DNA of 59,824 nt, taken from the NCBI GenBank assembly GCA_003990765.1, contig RBNJ01000017.1:1-59824 (forward strand). The letters are read 5' to 3'. How positions within the stretch are numbered: the stretch's first letter is position 1; every line of letters starts with the position of its first letter. Origin of the DNA: Jimgerdemannia flammicorona (lineage: Eukaryota). The notes beneath the pieces were generated by a model. The model searched no databases. It was not told the DNA's origin and worked only from the letters and a program-made list of their open reading frames with translations. This document shows positions 1-12,548 of this stretch, piece after piece. Made by a program: the position numbers and the translations under genes.

Positions 1-221
1 ATTTCGACAAGGTGTTGAAGACGTTTTCAAGCTCCTTTGAGGAGCTTAAGGACTGCGCGCTTAAATTTCACAAGTTGTTGTTTCCGTCAAACCATAGTAC
101 GAGTTCCGACATCGATTACGACAAGGTGATCGGGGTGTTTGATGAAGCGTTGCGTATGTTTGAAGTTACAGGCAGGGTTGGGCAGATGGGACTAAGTGAA
201 ACGAAGACGAGGAGATCGTGA
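1..221 (+). CDS. 3' end of a host gene running in from the left edge; possibly the C-terminus of a fungal-type (FunK1/Pkinase_fungal) protein kinase
   Basis: Frame open from nt 3 (FDKVLKTFSSSFEELKDCALKFHKLLFP...YDKVIGVFDEAL) to TGA 219-221, with normal CpG content. The F-x2-L-x2-F...F-x2-LK...LFP...Y-x2-II-x2-FD-x-A pattern resembles FunK1 tails from memory; no catalytic motif is in the window. Confidence 0.4.
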   Translation, partial: FDKVLKTFSSSFEELKDCALKFHKLLFPSNHSTSSDIDYDKVIGVFDEALRMFEVTGRVGQMGLSETKTRRS

Positions 222-712
222 GATCGCGTCAGCGCCGGACGGATGTTGGGTGTATTTGGAGCGTGTGATTTGTCAAACATCGTTTATCCGTTTGCAGTTT
301 ACAGATTATTTCTCATCGCGTTGTAGTGTATTTTAGTCGATTCGAAAGGCTCTTATATTTTATTCATTAAAATCTGACTCTCGGGGGTAGTTCTTTTATT
401 TAATTTGTGAATTAGCACAGGGCGGGTTGCGTGACGAAACGAATCCTATTGATTATGGTTGTAAAAGATTATTTACGTCGCGGAATTTTGCAGAAGCTCC
501 CATTATGATTGGGGAACGTTTCTGGAAACTTGGAAGTAAAACAAGGAAGAAATCCCCGTCCCCCTAGAATGTTGTGGGGAATATTTCAGGAAGCCTTTGA
601 AGTAAGGATTAAAAATATATTAAAGCATCTCTTAATAGTAACTCTGCCAAAGTAAACCTCTTTGCAATGAAAACTCTATATAATTAGAAACTTTTTTTTA
701 CAATAGCAACTC

Positions 713-785
713 TAGTATTCTCAAGCAAATTAAATCAATTTAAATTTAATCAAATTGAAGTTGATCCAAATTGAATTATTTATAA
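713..785. mobile_element. Heavily decayed terminal fragment of the hAT-type MITE family seen at 2885-3308
   Basis: tagtattctcaagcaaattaaatcaatttaaat aligns to the reverse-complemented MITE right end tagtgctcccaaacgagtcgaatcaattcaaat, almost only by C>T/G>A changes. Confidence 0.6.
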
Positions 786-819
786 AATTCATTATGTATA
801 ATAATTAATATTTTATAAG

Positions 820-1023
820 TCAGCCTACTATACTATAAATACTATATATAATTCTGGTTACTATCTCATAGTCAACTTTATCTGACTGAAATTACAAAAA
901 TATTTGAGTAATTAAGTAATTATATATTTTTTTTATTTCTTTTTTTCTTCTTATATATCTTAGTTTTTTATTATTATTAAGACTATATTGAATTATTCAT
1001 TTTATATTAATTAGTTGATATTT

Positions 1024-1098
<75 letters not shown>

Positions 1099-2620
1099 GT
1101 CCCTTGTACTCCATCTTTATTACCAGTCTATGAATAAGTATACAATATCACCACCCACTATCCGATCCCCATCGGGTGGTCCCACCCCACCTCGTCATGT
1201 ACATATAAAGACCACCCTCTCACCAACAACTCCAACTCTCCCACCACTCTGACCATAGATTTTCACCACCAAGTAGTGCCTCCGACCCCCCTGCAGCCTC
1301 CAACCAAGCCACCAGCCTGTCAAGGTATCCTCCACAAGGAACTACTACCTTGCTAACTGGCTCCCCAAGCTCGGTCGCTTCTCTTCCTCAAATACAAATA
1401 GCCAGTAGCTGGCCAGCTCAACCCAAATAGCCAACACCCAGCCTAGAGTAATCCACTCTTCCCCAACCCCTCCTATCAATTGATCCCTCAGGTCCTCCCA
1501 CCTCTCTCGTACATCATCACCCCTATGTCTTACCCCCAAGCGATCCCCAACGGTCTGCCAAAAGTCTCCCAACACCTCACACTCCTCTAGCCAATGTTCC
1601 AGCATCTGTACCAATCCCTCTTCCTGCCCAACATTATGGCACTCCTCGCAGTCAAAGCAGCCCCCTACAACAAGGTGTCCTGAGTGGAAGTTAAGTATCA
1701 CATTCCTCCTCAGTACATGTCACCAGACTATCCAGTACTTCAGCAGTATCCAATTTTTCACTGCGGCACTCCAGGTTAGTTGATATTTAGTTATCATTAT
1801 ATTCTCTTATAGTTAGTATTAAATATATAGGTATTTTATCTTAGTTCTCTTTATTTTTACTTTTGCATCTTTATTTTTTTTAGAGTTATAATAAAATAAT
1901 TTTATCTAGCCCTCTTCTTAAGATAGTTATCTTACTGATCTTTGTTTAGTTTTTTTTTTAGCTAGTTGTTTATTTCACTTATATCATTTTACTTTTCTCA
2001 TCTTTGAAAGTCATATTATTTATTATATTAATATATTTTATCTTCTCTATAATAAATTAAATAACTTAAGGTCTAACTCTAACTCTCCTCTTTTTCTCTT
2101 AGACTTATATCTTCTATATACATCTATCATTACAGCTATTTGAGCTAACTATGTATCTGCCCTAATAGAGATTATTTCTTTTATAGCTATCTTTATAAGT
2201 ACAGTCTTCTCAATAGTTCATATATATCTTATATTCAGAGATAATACTAGTCATAAGTAATTAGACTGATTCTTTAATAGAAAATGATAGAAAAAATATT
2301 ATACTTATTCTCTTCACACTTTTCACAAATTAGCTTATTGTATATTTGATACTATATATAATTCTAATAACTATCTTACAGTGGACTTTTGTCTTACTAA
2401 AATAATAAAAAATACTTAAATAATTAAGCAATTATATATTTTCTTTATTTTCTTTTCTTCTCCTATTAATCTTAGTTTATTTATATATTAAAACTATATT
2501 AAATAATTTATTTTATATTAGTCAGTTGGTATTTAGTTATTAATATATTTTTATATAGTTGATATCAGATATTTGTATATATATATTATCTTAGTTTTTT
2601 TTATTTACTTGCTATATTTT
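820..2620. repeat. Old AT-rich diverged direct repeat: copy 1 ~820-1025 + 1791-1880 (split by a LINE), copy 2 ~2330-2620
   Basis: actatatataattct at 841 and 2351 starts a collinear match of over 250 bp; copy 2 lacks the LINE. Confidence 0.7.
1026..1775 (-). mobile_element. 5'-truncated L1-clade LINE (end of ORF2, 3'UTR, poly(A))
   Basis: T70 at 1026-1095; perfect 15-bp TSD ttagttgatatttag at 1011-1025 and 1776-1790; encodes the C-terminal CxxC...EHWLEEC knuckle shared with the other LINE copies. Confidence 0.93.
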
Positions 2621-5615
2621 AATGGTGGGAAGGAGTGTTGGACTCAGATGGTGTACTGGTGTATGGTGTACAGGACATTCTTGGATTGCTGAAGGAGAGA
2701 TAGAGTGGATTGTGAAGTGAGGAGGAGGGTGGGGCAGATGCCGCTACAATTGAACAAACATTGGAGGATTGGCACCCACCACAAGTCGAAGGGCTAGGGG
2801 ACCTGGGGATGCCAGTACAGGAGGATGAGATCTATCAGGTTCTTGCCATGACAATGCCAGGTACAGTACCTGGGGAGGATGGTCTAGTGCTCCCAATGAA
2901 TTGAATCGAATCAAATTTGGCCCAAACTCGATTTGATTCGATCGAATCAAGGGTCCAATTTGATTCAATTTGAATCGAATCAAAGGTCCAATTCGATTCG
3001 AAGTTCGATTCGAACCTTAATTTTCAAAATATAATAACTCGACGAAAACTCATCCAAATTTAACGTATTTTAGCTTGTTAGATTCACCGTATTAATGTGA
3101 TTCTAACAAGCTAAAGTACATTAGATTTGGATGAGTTTACACTGAGTTATCACATTTTGAAAATTAGGGTTCGAATTAGACCCTCAATTCGATTCGACTT
3201 TTGATTCGATTTGAATTGATTCGAATTGAAAAATCCCCAATTCGATTTGACTTGTTTAACCCTCAATTCGATTTGATTTGAATTGATTCGACTCGTTTGG
3301 GAGCACTAGGATGGTCTGCCCTGGGACTTTTGGAAGCAAATGGTTGGAGTCCCAGAGATAATGGGAGAGATGACAGTACTGTGCGACCTCATTCTACAGA
3401 CAGTGAGGTGGGTGGGGGAGCAGGACCTTGGGCTGGTGACACTGCTTTACAAAAACAAAGGAAGGTAGGAGGATTGGAAGAACTGGCAGCTGATAATGTT
3501 GCTAGATATAGACAGAAAGTTGGTAACTAAGGTGGTGGTGGCAAGATTACAGAAGGTGGCCCAGCAAGTCATGGGTGTTGAGCAGAGGGGATTTATGGGT
3601 GGTCGGCTCATCAGGGATGGCACTGCCTGGGTACATGGCATTATCAAAGGGGCAAGGGCCTGTGGACTGGATGGGTGTCTAGTCTTCTTGAACCAGGAGA
3701 AGGTGTATGACTGGGTGCGAAGAGTCTGGCTGGCAAAAGTTTTGGATAGAATGGGGGTTCCACATCAGTTCCGGTCAGCAATAGTCAGCCTACTGGAAGG
3801 GAGTAGGGCTGCTCTCACATGTAATGGACATAGAGGGGTAGCATTCCCCTTAGGTAGGGGGGTGCCCCAGGGGGACCCATTGTCTCCCATTTTGTATGCT
3901 CTTTCTCTGGAACCCCTTATGGATAGGATTAGGCAGAGGATAGCAGGGCTCTCTGTCTTTGGCATAGGATGGAAAGTTGGGGCCTTTGCTGATGACATAG
4001 TGGTGGGTTTGGGTTCGATTGCTGATGTTGAAGAGCTCAAGATGACTGTGGGTGATATGAGGAGAACTCTGGAGCTAAGCTAAATTGGCATAAGTGTGAA
4101 ATGATGGTGCTAGGCAATGGTCTGGTGGGAGGGGAAGTTATAGGAACAATCATCCCCACTAGTGAAGCAGTGCGGTACTTAGGTATCTACTTGTCAGTCT
4201 ATGGGTCAGTTCTGCCCAGGCTTTGGTGGGAGCAGAGGATTAGAATCTGGGAGGAGGCCCTGCAGAGTTGGGGGGGAAGGCAATTTTCTCTGGCAGGGTG
4301 GGTCTCGATTTTGAATGTCTACTGGCTGCCAAAGTTGTGGTACCTGGCATATTATCTGGACTTCCCGGCCTAGGTGGTGAAGAGATTGATGAAGTTGGCG
4401 AAGGGATGGATTTGGGCTGGCAGGCAGAGTCAGATTGGTTGGGAGACCTTGTCCCTACCAGTGGCAAGAGGTGGTCTTGGGCTGGTTGACTTTACAAAAT
4501 AGTTATACTGCTTGAGAGTATGGTGGCTTAAGAGGGCAGTGGAATTGCGAGGAGGTGGATGGGTTCCTCTGCTACAGAAGATCTGGGAGAGGCGGTCATT
4601 GCCAAGGGGCTCAACTGGCAATCTACTCTCATTGGTAGGACTTCAGCATACTGAACAACTACAATATAAAGGATTTTAGTGGGGGATTGCAGAAGGGGTG
4701 CACTGCATTGGTATTCGTTAGCAGAGGAATGAAGGAGAGGAGGTTTGGGACCTGGCAATGTGGAGATGAGATTGTATACTGCTGGGTAGCACTCCCTTAA
4801 TTGAGTTTGACATTGGTGATGGAATGGAATGCCAAAGGGGACCAGGCCAGGATTTGTGGCCTAGTGGTTGGCAAGGAGTTGGAATTGGCGAAGAGTGGAA
4901 CTGGCATGGTGTTTGGACCTAGAGTGCTGCAGTGAGAAAGTGGTTGCCACCAAAGTACTGGGTGGTCTAGTGGTGCATGCTGTAGAGGAATGTTATGCTC
5001 AACTTTTACTTGGGGCACCTTGTTGTAGGGGGTTGCTTTGACTGTGAGGAGTGCCATAATGTAGGGCAGGAGGGGGGTTATGTACAGATGTCTGAACATT
5101 GGCTAGGAGAGTGTGAGGTGTTGGGGGATTTCTGGCAGACAATTGGAGAACACTTGGGGGTACAGGGTAGGGGAGATGAGGTATGGGGGAGGTGGGAGGA
5201 CTCGAGGGATAGATTGGTAGGGGGGATAGAGAAGAAGTAGCTTACTTTGGATTGGGCTTTGGCTATTTGGGTGGAGCTGGCCAGTCATTGGCTATTTGTT
5301 TTTGAGGACAGGAAGAGACAGGGCTTGGGGGACCAGTTGCTGCAGTGGCATAGGCTTATGGAAGACACCTTAACGGGCTGGTGGCTAGGTTGGGGGATGC
5401 AGGGTGGTTGGAGGTGCCACTTGGTGGAGAAAATTTGTGGGCAAAGTGGGGGGAGAGTTGGGGTAATTGGTGAAAGGGTGATTTTTATTCGTAAGGAGGT
5501 GGGGAGAGACCTCCCTGTGGGAATTGGGTAGTGGGTAGTGATGGTGTATACTTATTTATAGACTGGTAATAAAGGCAGAGTCCAAGTGACTATAAAAAAA
5601 AAAAAAAAAAAAAAA
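2621..5615 (+). mobile_element. 5'-truncated L1-clade LINE with degenerate RT, interrupted by a MITE
   Basis: RT motifs QRGF, RGVPQGDPLSP, FADD, VRYLGI (3496-4373); C-terminal zinc knuckle ~5030-5115; AATAAA then poly(A) 5594-5615; no TSD found. Confidence 0.92.
2885..3308. mobile_element. Non-autonomous hAT-type DNA transposon (MITE), 424 bp
   Basis: 12-bp TIR tagtgctcccaa/ttgggagcacta; 8-bp TSD ggatggtc at 2877-2884 and 3309-3316; the paralogous LINE site near 36505 has a single ggatggtc; many TTCGA/GAATC subterminal repeats; internal palindrome 3009-3175. Confidence 0.92.
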
Positions 5616-6370
5616 TACTGAGATCAATCCTTATAGGAATTGGTCTGGGTTATCCTGAAGGATAGGATGTCAGAAGTCTTCTACTTCTTCACTGTTGAGG
5701 GTGATAGTGGACTAGGCTTCTGTAGCCACCCTGGCTTCTAGTACATTGATACAGCAGGATGATAGGTCTCTGAAGTCTGAGACTCTGACATACTCCAAGT
5801 TGGAGATTGACCATGGTGCATGTCTGAAGATCTGATAGATCTTCTTAGCTGTTCTCATTTTGCATATGTCCATGGGAGTGGCATCTTGTAGCTCTTGGGT
5901 ACTGGTCTGTGGGAACTCCTGGCAGAGGAGGTTTCCTATTTCACACTCCTGCCACATTTAGAGATATTTGGTAGTAATGGTGATCCTTGTTTCCATTTCA
6001 CGGTGGTAGAAAATAAAGTGATAAGGGTCTGCAGTACCCAGGTTGATACTAGGAGTCCTTCTTGAGCAAGTCCCCATAGCTCTTCTGATGTCTTAGAACA
6101 TCCTTTCCTCGACTGAGATACCTTAGTGATTCCTTGACCTTGAGGTTTGGTGGACAGTAGGTATTTTATTTGTAGTAAGTCTTTGAGCTATTTTGGGATT
6201 AGTAGTTCTTGTTGGTTGCTGCTACTGTGGTTCCTTGATCCTTCTTTTATATTCTTCAGGATGCTTGTACTGTGGTCACAATGACTCACAGTTGATCATC
6301 ATTGCTCATCTTATATGCTGTATGATCTTCCTGTGCTCCAATCTGGTAGCTTATGAGGAAAGGCTGTCTC
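5616..6370 (-). repeat. Partial family A Gypsy LTR, truncated at both ends, with part of the LTR-borne ORF
   Basis: Reverse-complement match to ~53311-54065; same subtype as the 53273 LTR because it lacks the ~13-bp insert found in the 9383 and 19433 LTRs. Confidence 0.9.
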
Positions 6371-9300
6371 ATAGTTAATACAGAGTCTTAGAGAAAACTC
6401 TCCAGGCTTGCTTCCTTTCTTTGGGACAAGGACAATGGCTGAAGCCCAGTGACTAATAGCTTACTTGATGATTCCAGCTTCTTCTATTTCCTTGAGTTCT
6501 GCTTACAGCCATTCTCTATAGGCAGGTGGTATAGGTCTGGCTTTCTGGTAGATGAGCTTAATATCACTGGTATCAACTTCATGATAGTATTTGGATTCTT
6601 GATTGTAGATATCCCTGAAGTCTGTAGTAAGTACTTCTTCATTCTGATATAGGATCTTGAGAGGTTTTTCTTCCAGGAAAAGGTTTTCTCCAATGATATA
6701 TGTGTACTTATTCTGGTCCTTATCTTTCTTATGCTCAAGTTTGATAATCTTAGTGGCAATATAGACTCCTCTTTCAGTAGATCCAAAGCCTTGTTCTTCT
6801 CTCTTAGTCTTAATGAGTTCAATGACTTCAGTGATCTTGGGCTTCTTGATTTCATGGATCAGTATCTGACCAATCCTATCATACTTCTTGACTTTGAATA
6901 GGGTAGTGGAGTTGTGATTCCTGACTATGAGAAAGATCTCACCAGTATAATCAGGGTCAATTACTTCTCCTTTAACTAAGATTTTGCTTTTGGCCAGACT
7001 GCTCCTGATCTTGATAATTCTGACATAGTTCTCTGGCAGCTTGACTCCAATTCTGATGTCAAGTAGGGTAGTGGTCTGTGGTTTGAGGATAGCATCTTGA
7101 ATGCTGGTAAGGTCTATTTCTATGGCTCCTTTAGTCTTGTATTCTGGGATCTTAGCTTTAGGGTGAAACTTCTTGACCTTGAGGGTAATGTCTGGTTCTT
7201 ATTCCTTCTCATCATTACTGTCAGCTTAAAGTTCTGGGGGCTGGTCATCTTCTTTGGCTTTTCTTTTTGCTTCAGCAACTTCTTGCTTATGCTTCTGTTG
7301 AGACTTTACTGATACAGAACCAGCAGTCATTTAGGTGTTCAGAGCAGTACATCTTAGTACCATGGGGGTATCTTCCTTAAGAGGCATAGCCATTGATGAT
7401 CTAGCTATACCACTGCTCATCTGTAAGCTTGGGTGTCTTATTCTTGTTCTTATTCACTGAGTGCATAAAGACTTCTGTGTCCTCTTTATTTCCTTTCTCC
7501 ATATCTAGTAGAACTCCTTTGTGGACATTGATAGAGACTCATATCTTTCTTCCTTTATAGTTAATCTACATCTTCTGGGCATTGAGGTCAATGATGGCCT
7601 TGGCCTTGTAAAGCTATTAGTTATCAATAAGGATGTCATAGTTGGTGGTGCTTGTAACAATCACATCTACTAGAATGATAGCTCCTCTTATCTTGATGGG
7701 GACTTCTTAGATTTTGCTAAGGAGGGTAGCTCATATACTATTTGCTATAACATAGACCATCTTAGTAGACTCTTCAATGTCCCAGTCTAGGCAGTCAATT
7801 GTCTTCTTACTCATGAGGCATCCTCCAGCACTGGTATCAATGATGGTATCAAAGATACAATCTTCAATCTAATATGGAGTATAGGCTGATGTCTTGTACT
7901 GGTCTTCAGATTCTTCACCTAAGTCTTCTTAATCATCTTCTTGTGCATTGTGAGCTTCTACAATCTTGTACTCTTGATTCTTGACAGTAGTTGCAAGTCC
8001 TACTCTCAACTGCTGTCTGAAGGCAGGAACTTTGGCTAGTTGTCCAAAAGTAGCATTGATCTTCTGTTTCTTGAGGTCCTTGTAGATATCATACTGGTAG
8101 ATCTTAGTCTTGTGCAGCTTCTGTTTCTTTTTGCTTTTACTTTCTCCTGAGACTGGAGTAGTATCTTCAATGATTTGGCAGACAGCTTCATCTAACTCTA
8201 TGTCTTGATCAATCTCCTTGGGTTGGGTCTTGCTTTGAATAGTAATAGCTGGAGTCTTCTTTGGTCTTCCAACTAGTTTGCTATTGCTCTTCTTGTCATA
8301 GGGCTTGGACTGAGTTCTGGTACCTTCAGTAGTAGAGTAGAATTTAAGCTCTTTATAGTATTCTTCATCATCAGTATCACCAATCTCCTTGATGATTACT
8401 GCATTGATTTTTTCTCTGGTTCTAGTAGTATTACTTAGTTAGACTTTGCATCTTGTTTTAGTTATGCAACTTTTTGCATAGTGGCCTTCTTCTCTACATC
8501 TGAAGTATGTGATATTGCATTCTTCTATAGTAGCTATAAATCTCTACCCTGGTCTCCTGTTAGTACTTCAGACTTCTCTAACAATATTATCAAGGTATAT
8601 AGTCATCTCAGCAAACTGCTTGGCAAGTTCTTCTACTGGGTCAGCTTTGACTGTCTTGGAGGTAGATGGGGATGATTGTCTGTTTACAACTGTAGTGGAT
8701 ATAATACTAGTTACTTTGATAGTTCCATCTTAATGCCAGTTATTTTCTCCATTGAGTGTTTAGCAGGATGTCTAGCAGTCTAATATCTCTATACAAAGAC
8801 CACTTTCTGATCAAGGGTCAGTGCAGCTAGGGTAGACCAGATTGCTAGGGCAATTTCAGGGTGAACTCCTTTAAGGAAGGTTAAATCTGCTATTTGTTTC
8901 TTGAGAGCATCATCATAGTCAGCCAAGACAATCTGGTAGTAGATTTGGGTATAGAATGAGTTGGAATCTTCACTGAGTCTCTGACAGATAGTGTTGAGTT
9001 GATTCTTGAGAGCTTGCTTGATCTCTTCAGTATAGTATATTGTTCTAAAGAAGGCCTTCATGTTGGCTGCACCATTATCAGCAATAGTGGCTATATTGAA
9101 CTTGTCTCTGGTAGGTCCTCTGAGACTGACTGGTAGAAGGGCTAATTGTGCATCCATATCAAGAGCTCATATGGCAGCAAATTATTCAAAGTCTTTAATA
9201 AAGATCAGGATTAACTCTTCAGTAGTATATATCTATAGAATGTGGGGGGGATATATTTCCATTTTATCTTGAATTCTTACAGGAGTAACTCTTGTAGTCA

Positions 9301-10997
9301 GAGTAGTTATTGTAGTAGTTGTTCATTTTTTAGCTTGAAAGTAAGAGATTCATCTTGAATCACCAGCTAATGGGCACCAAGTTATTATATAGTAGTCACT
9401 AAGTCCTTCAAATATGTCAGATTCTCTTCAAGGTATATCTCTTAGACTAACTCAAGTTTGTTATAAGCAAGTTCTTATTAGAGTGCCTTCCCAAGGTCTT
9501 ATAGTTCTCAAACTTCTTATCTTTAAACTATCTTGTTATCTCTTAGATTGCTTATAAGAAATTGTATATATTATACTGAGAGGAACTAACTTTATTTCAA
9601 AGAAAATAAGAATGGTATTTATACAAAATATAATTCAATGATTGCTAAGATATAAAGCTAAATATAAATTTCAATAACCAAATAAAAATACTGAAATACA
9701 GAAAACTGCCAAGTTTCAGGATCAGTATAGATGATTATACAGGTTCAGAATACTGGTATAATTTTAGTGATACAGAAAAAGAGTACTGGAATAATTCTGA
9801 GCCACATAAGGTCAGAGTAGAGGAACAGCTGTTATATAGGAAAAAAATGCCAGCATAATTCAGTATAACTAAGGAACTTAGAGCAGAATGTTCAGAACCA
9901 TAGGGGTTTCATCTTTATCAGAGGTCAGAATGTCTTTGAAGAAGATGAGGTCTGCAAATATTTCATCCATCTTGTTATATAGGTTGTACATTTTGCATTT
10001 GTCACATATTGCATGTGCTTTGCACATGTTATATGGGATGATGTCATCACTGGTGATGTTATCATATTTGGTAGCAGTAGGAACAAGGAGGTCTGGGGCT
10101 CTCCAGTTTATGAAATTCTCTTCTACATAATAGGGAACAAATGTGGGGTCTTGGAGAGGTCTAATCTGAATACTTGGGCCTTGGAATACTGAGATCAATC
10201 CTTACAGGAATTGATCTGAGTTGTCCTGGAGGATGGGATGCCAGAGGTCATCTACTTCATTACTATTAAGGGTGATAATGGACTGAACTTCTATAGCCAC
10301 CCTGACTTCTAGTATATTGATATAGTAGGCTGACAGATCTCTGAAGTCTGAGACTCTAATATACTCCAAGTTAGGGATTGACTATAGTATATGCTAGAAG
10401 ATCTGATGAATATTCTTTGCTATCCTTATTTTATATATATATATCTATGAGAGTAGCATCTTGTAGCTCTTGAGGGCTGGTCTGTGGGAACTCTTGGCAG
10501 AGAAGGTTTCCTATTTCATACTCCTGCCACATTTGGAGGTATTTGATAGTAATGGTGATTCTTGTTTCCATTTCATAATGGTAGAGAATATAATAATAAG
10601 GGTTACCAGTACTCAGGTTGACACTAGGAGTCCTTGTAGTGTAGGTCCTCATGGCTCTTCTGATGTCTTAGAACATCCTTTCTTCAACTGAGGTACTTTG
10701 GTGATTCCTTGACCTTGAGGTTTGGTGAGCAGCAGGTATTTTATTTATAGTAAGTCTTTGAGCTACTTTGGGATTGGTGGGTTTTATTGAGTTACTGCTA
10801 CTGCAGTTTTTTGATCTTTCTTTTATATTTCTTAGGATGCCTATACTGTGGTCACAATGACTTATAGTTGGTCATCATTGCTCATCTTGTAGCCTGGGTA
10901 AGTCATGTCATATGATCTTCTTATACTCCAATATAGTGGCTTTATAAGAAATTACTGTCTTTTGTACTGATATCATTATTCTGAGATCACTGTTACA
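6371..10997 (-). mobile_element. Gypsy family A element 1, 5' half (5' LTR, PBS, gag, protease, Cys/His module, dUTPase, RT start), inverted relative to its 3' half
   Basis: Collinear with 53273-57817; many stop codons; ends at RT ...LRLCINY at 6371. Confidence 0.92.
9383..10997 (-). repeat. 5' LTR of family A element 1 (~1.6 kb) with a disrupted U3 ORF at ~9878-10739
   Basis: Begins TGTAACA on the minus strand at 10997 and is followed by the PBS-like ACTTGGTGCCCATT at 9369-9382. Confidence 0.9.
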
Positions 10998-11659
10998 ATA
11001 TATTTAGAAGAATATATTAATAGCTAAAGTGGTTTAATAGAAATATCAAGCTGTTAAAATAATTTCTAAATATACTTCTTATCTCTCTCTTATATTTTGC
11101 TCTATTATATAATATAGACTACTAAGAGATAAAAATATTATCTTCTTAATCTCTAGTAAACTTACAATAGAGTCTCTCTCAAGCTTATTCTTTAGTATCT
11201 TGAGGATTAGAATACCAATACAGCACTCTTGAGTATTCTATATAGTCTTTTTATATAATTACTACTTATATTAGATAGTGGTTAATAGTATGAAACCTAA
11301 TCTTAAGAAATATAGTTATATATATTGGTCTTGCTAACTATATTATACTAATTGAGAGCAAACTATATAAACTTTTTCCTATATATATTTAGATATACTA
11401 TATGTATACTAATAAGAAATTTAAATTTATTAATCTTATATTATAGAATATAGCTAAGATAGAAAGAACCTTGAATTTCTACTATATTCATAGTTCTCTC
11501 TAATTCTTTATTAAATCTCAGTTATCTCTTTCTTTGAGCTTCTTGTCTAGCTACTATATACTATAGAGCTTCAGATATTAATATAATCTGAATTGGTCTT
11601 TAATAAGACTATGATCTAGACTATTGAGTATTTTGATAAGTCTATAGTTAATAGTATAA

Positions 11660-12049
11660 TGTAGCAGATACTAAGATGGGCAAGTACATCAGATTTCTTT
11701 ATCTTGAATTCTTGTCTTCTTGACTTCTAGAGTCAGTAGTTCCTTGAGGCCAAATGTGTTTAAAGAGGTAATCCCGAAAGTTCCTTTATCAGTATACTTG
11801 TTCTTTTTCTAATACTTTCGATCTGAGGTTTATTCACTTGAAGATACTGGGTTATTTATACAAGTTTGCTAGCTATGAGATGGCTACTGAGTTACATGGC
11901 TAAGTTATGAGTCATTTAGACAATGTCTAGAAATTTAGACAATGTCAAAATCGGCGACTGCTAACTATAAAACTATACTACTTTGGGAATGGGTGCGATC
12001 AAGTGTCTATTCCCTATTTCCTTCTTCCTAATTCAGCTATACCATCACA
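11660..12049 (-). repeat. 3' LTR of family B (~390 bp)
   Basis: On the minus strand the purine tract CAGGAGGAAG(T) precedes TGTGATGG at 12049; the LTR ends ...GCTACA at 11660; TATA-like GTATAAATAACCC at ~11849-11861. Confidence 0.75.
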
Positions 12050-12548
12050 ACTTCCTCCTGAATAGATGGTCTCGTCTCTGAGATATCTATTCAAACTTCC
12101 ATACTTCGACTGTCTGTATGGTTTTGTACTATTCAATTTGTTGCATGACTGTCTCCCAATGATGTCTCCTTATTTTATCAAAGTCAGTAGGGGTTACTCC
12201 TCACAGGTGGGCTAATGCTGATTCATCTTCTTGAAATAGCTTGTGGATCCTTTTGGCAATAGTGATCTGTGAGTAGGAGAGTTGGCACTCTGCGATCCAG
12301 TCTTCTTTGGTCTTTGCTGGATCCTGGTTGAGCACCCGTCCAAGCTTGAAGTACTCTTGGAACTCTGCCTGATATTGGTAGGCACTAAAATGTAAGATCT
12401 GAGAGAGATGAGTCTGCACAATACTCTGAATATCCTCATAGTATGCCTCTATGGTCGGAGGCTTGGTGGTGTGCCATTGTCTTTCAATAGCCCTTTGTGC
12501 AGCACTAGTGATCTTGAGTGCTGCTGCAGTGCTCCAGTTATTGGCCAT
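12045..12548 (-). pseudogene. Family B accessory ORF3 of unknown function (up to ~167 codons, in-frame stops)
   Basis: The 115-aa ORF 12201-12548 continues past TGA as GVTPTDFDKIRRHHWETVMQQIE*; its ATG overlaps the integrase end; similar to the LTR ORFs of families A and C. Confidence 0.75.

Noticed and set aside
2897-3295. CRISPR-like or satellite array
   Set aside because: These are irregular 5-bp TTCGA/GAATC units inside TIRs and an 8-bp TSD, i.e. transposon subterminal repeats with no spacers.
5616-6370. 3' LTR of the element at 6371-10997
   Set aside because: It is a different LTR subtype, and the true continuation of that element starts at 16762.
12201-12548. env gene
   Set aside because: It is in the env position but is short and hydrophilic, with no signal peptide, cleavage site or TM anchor.
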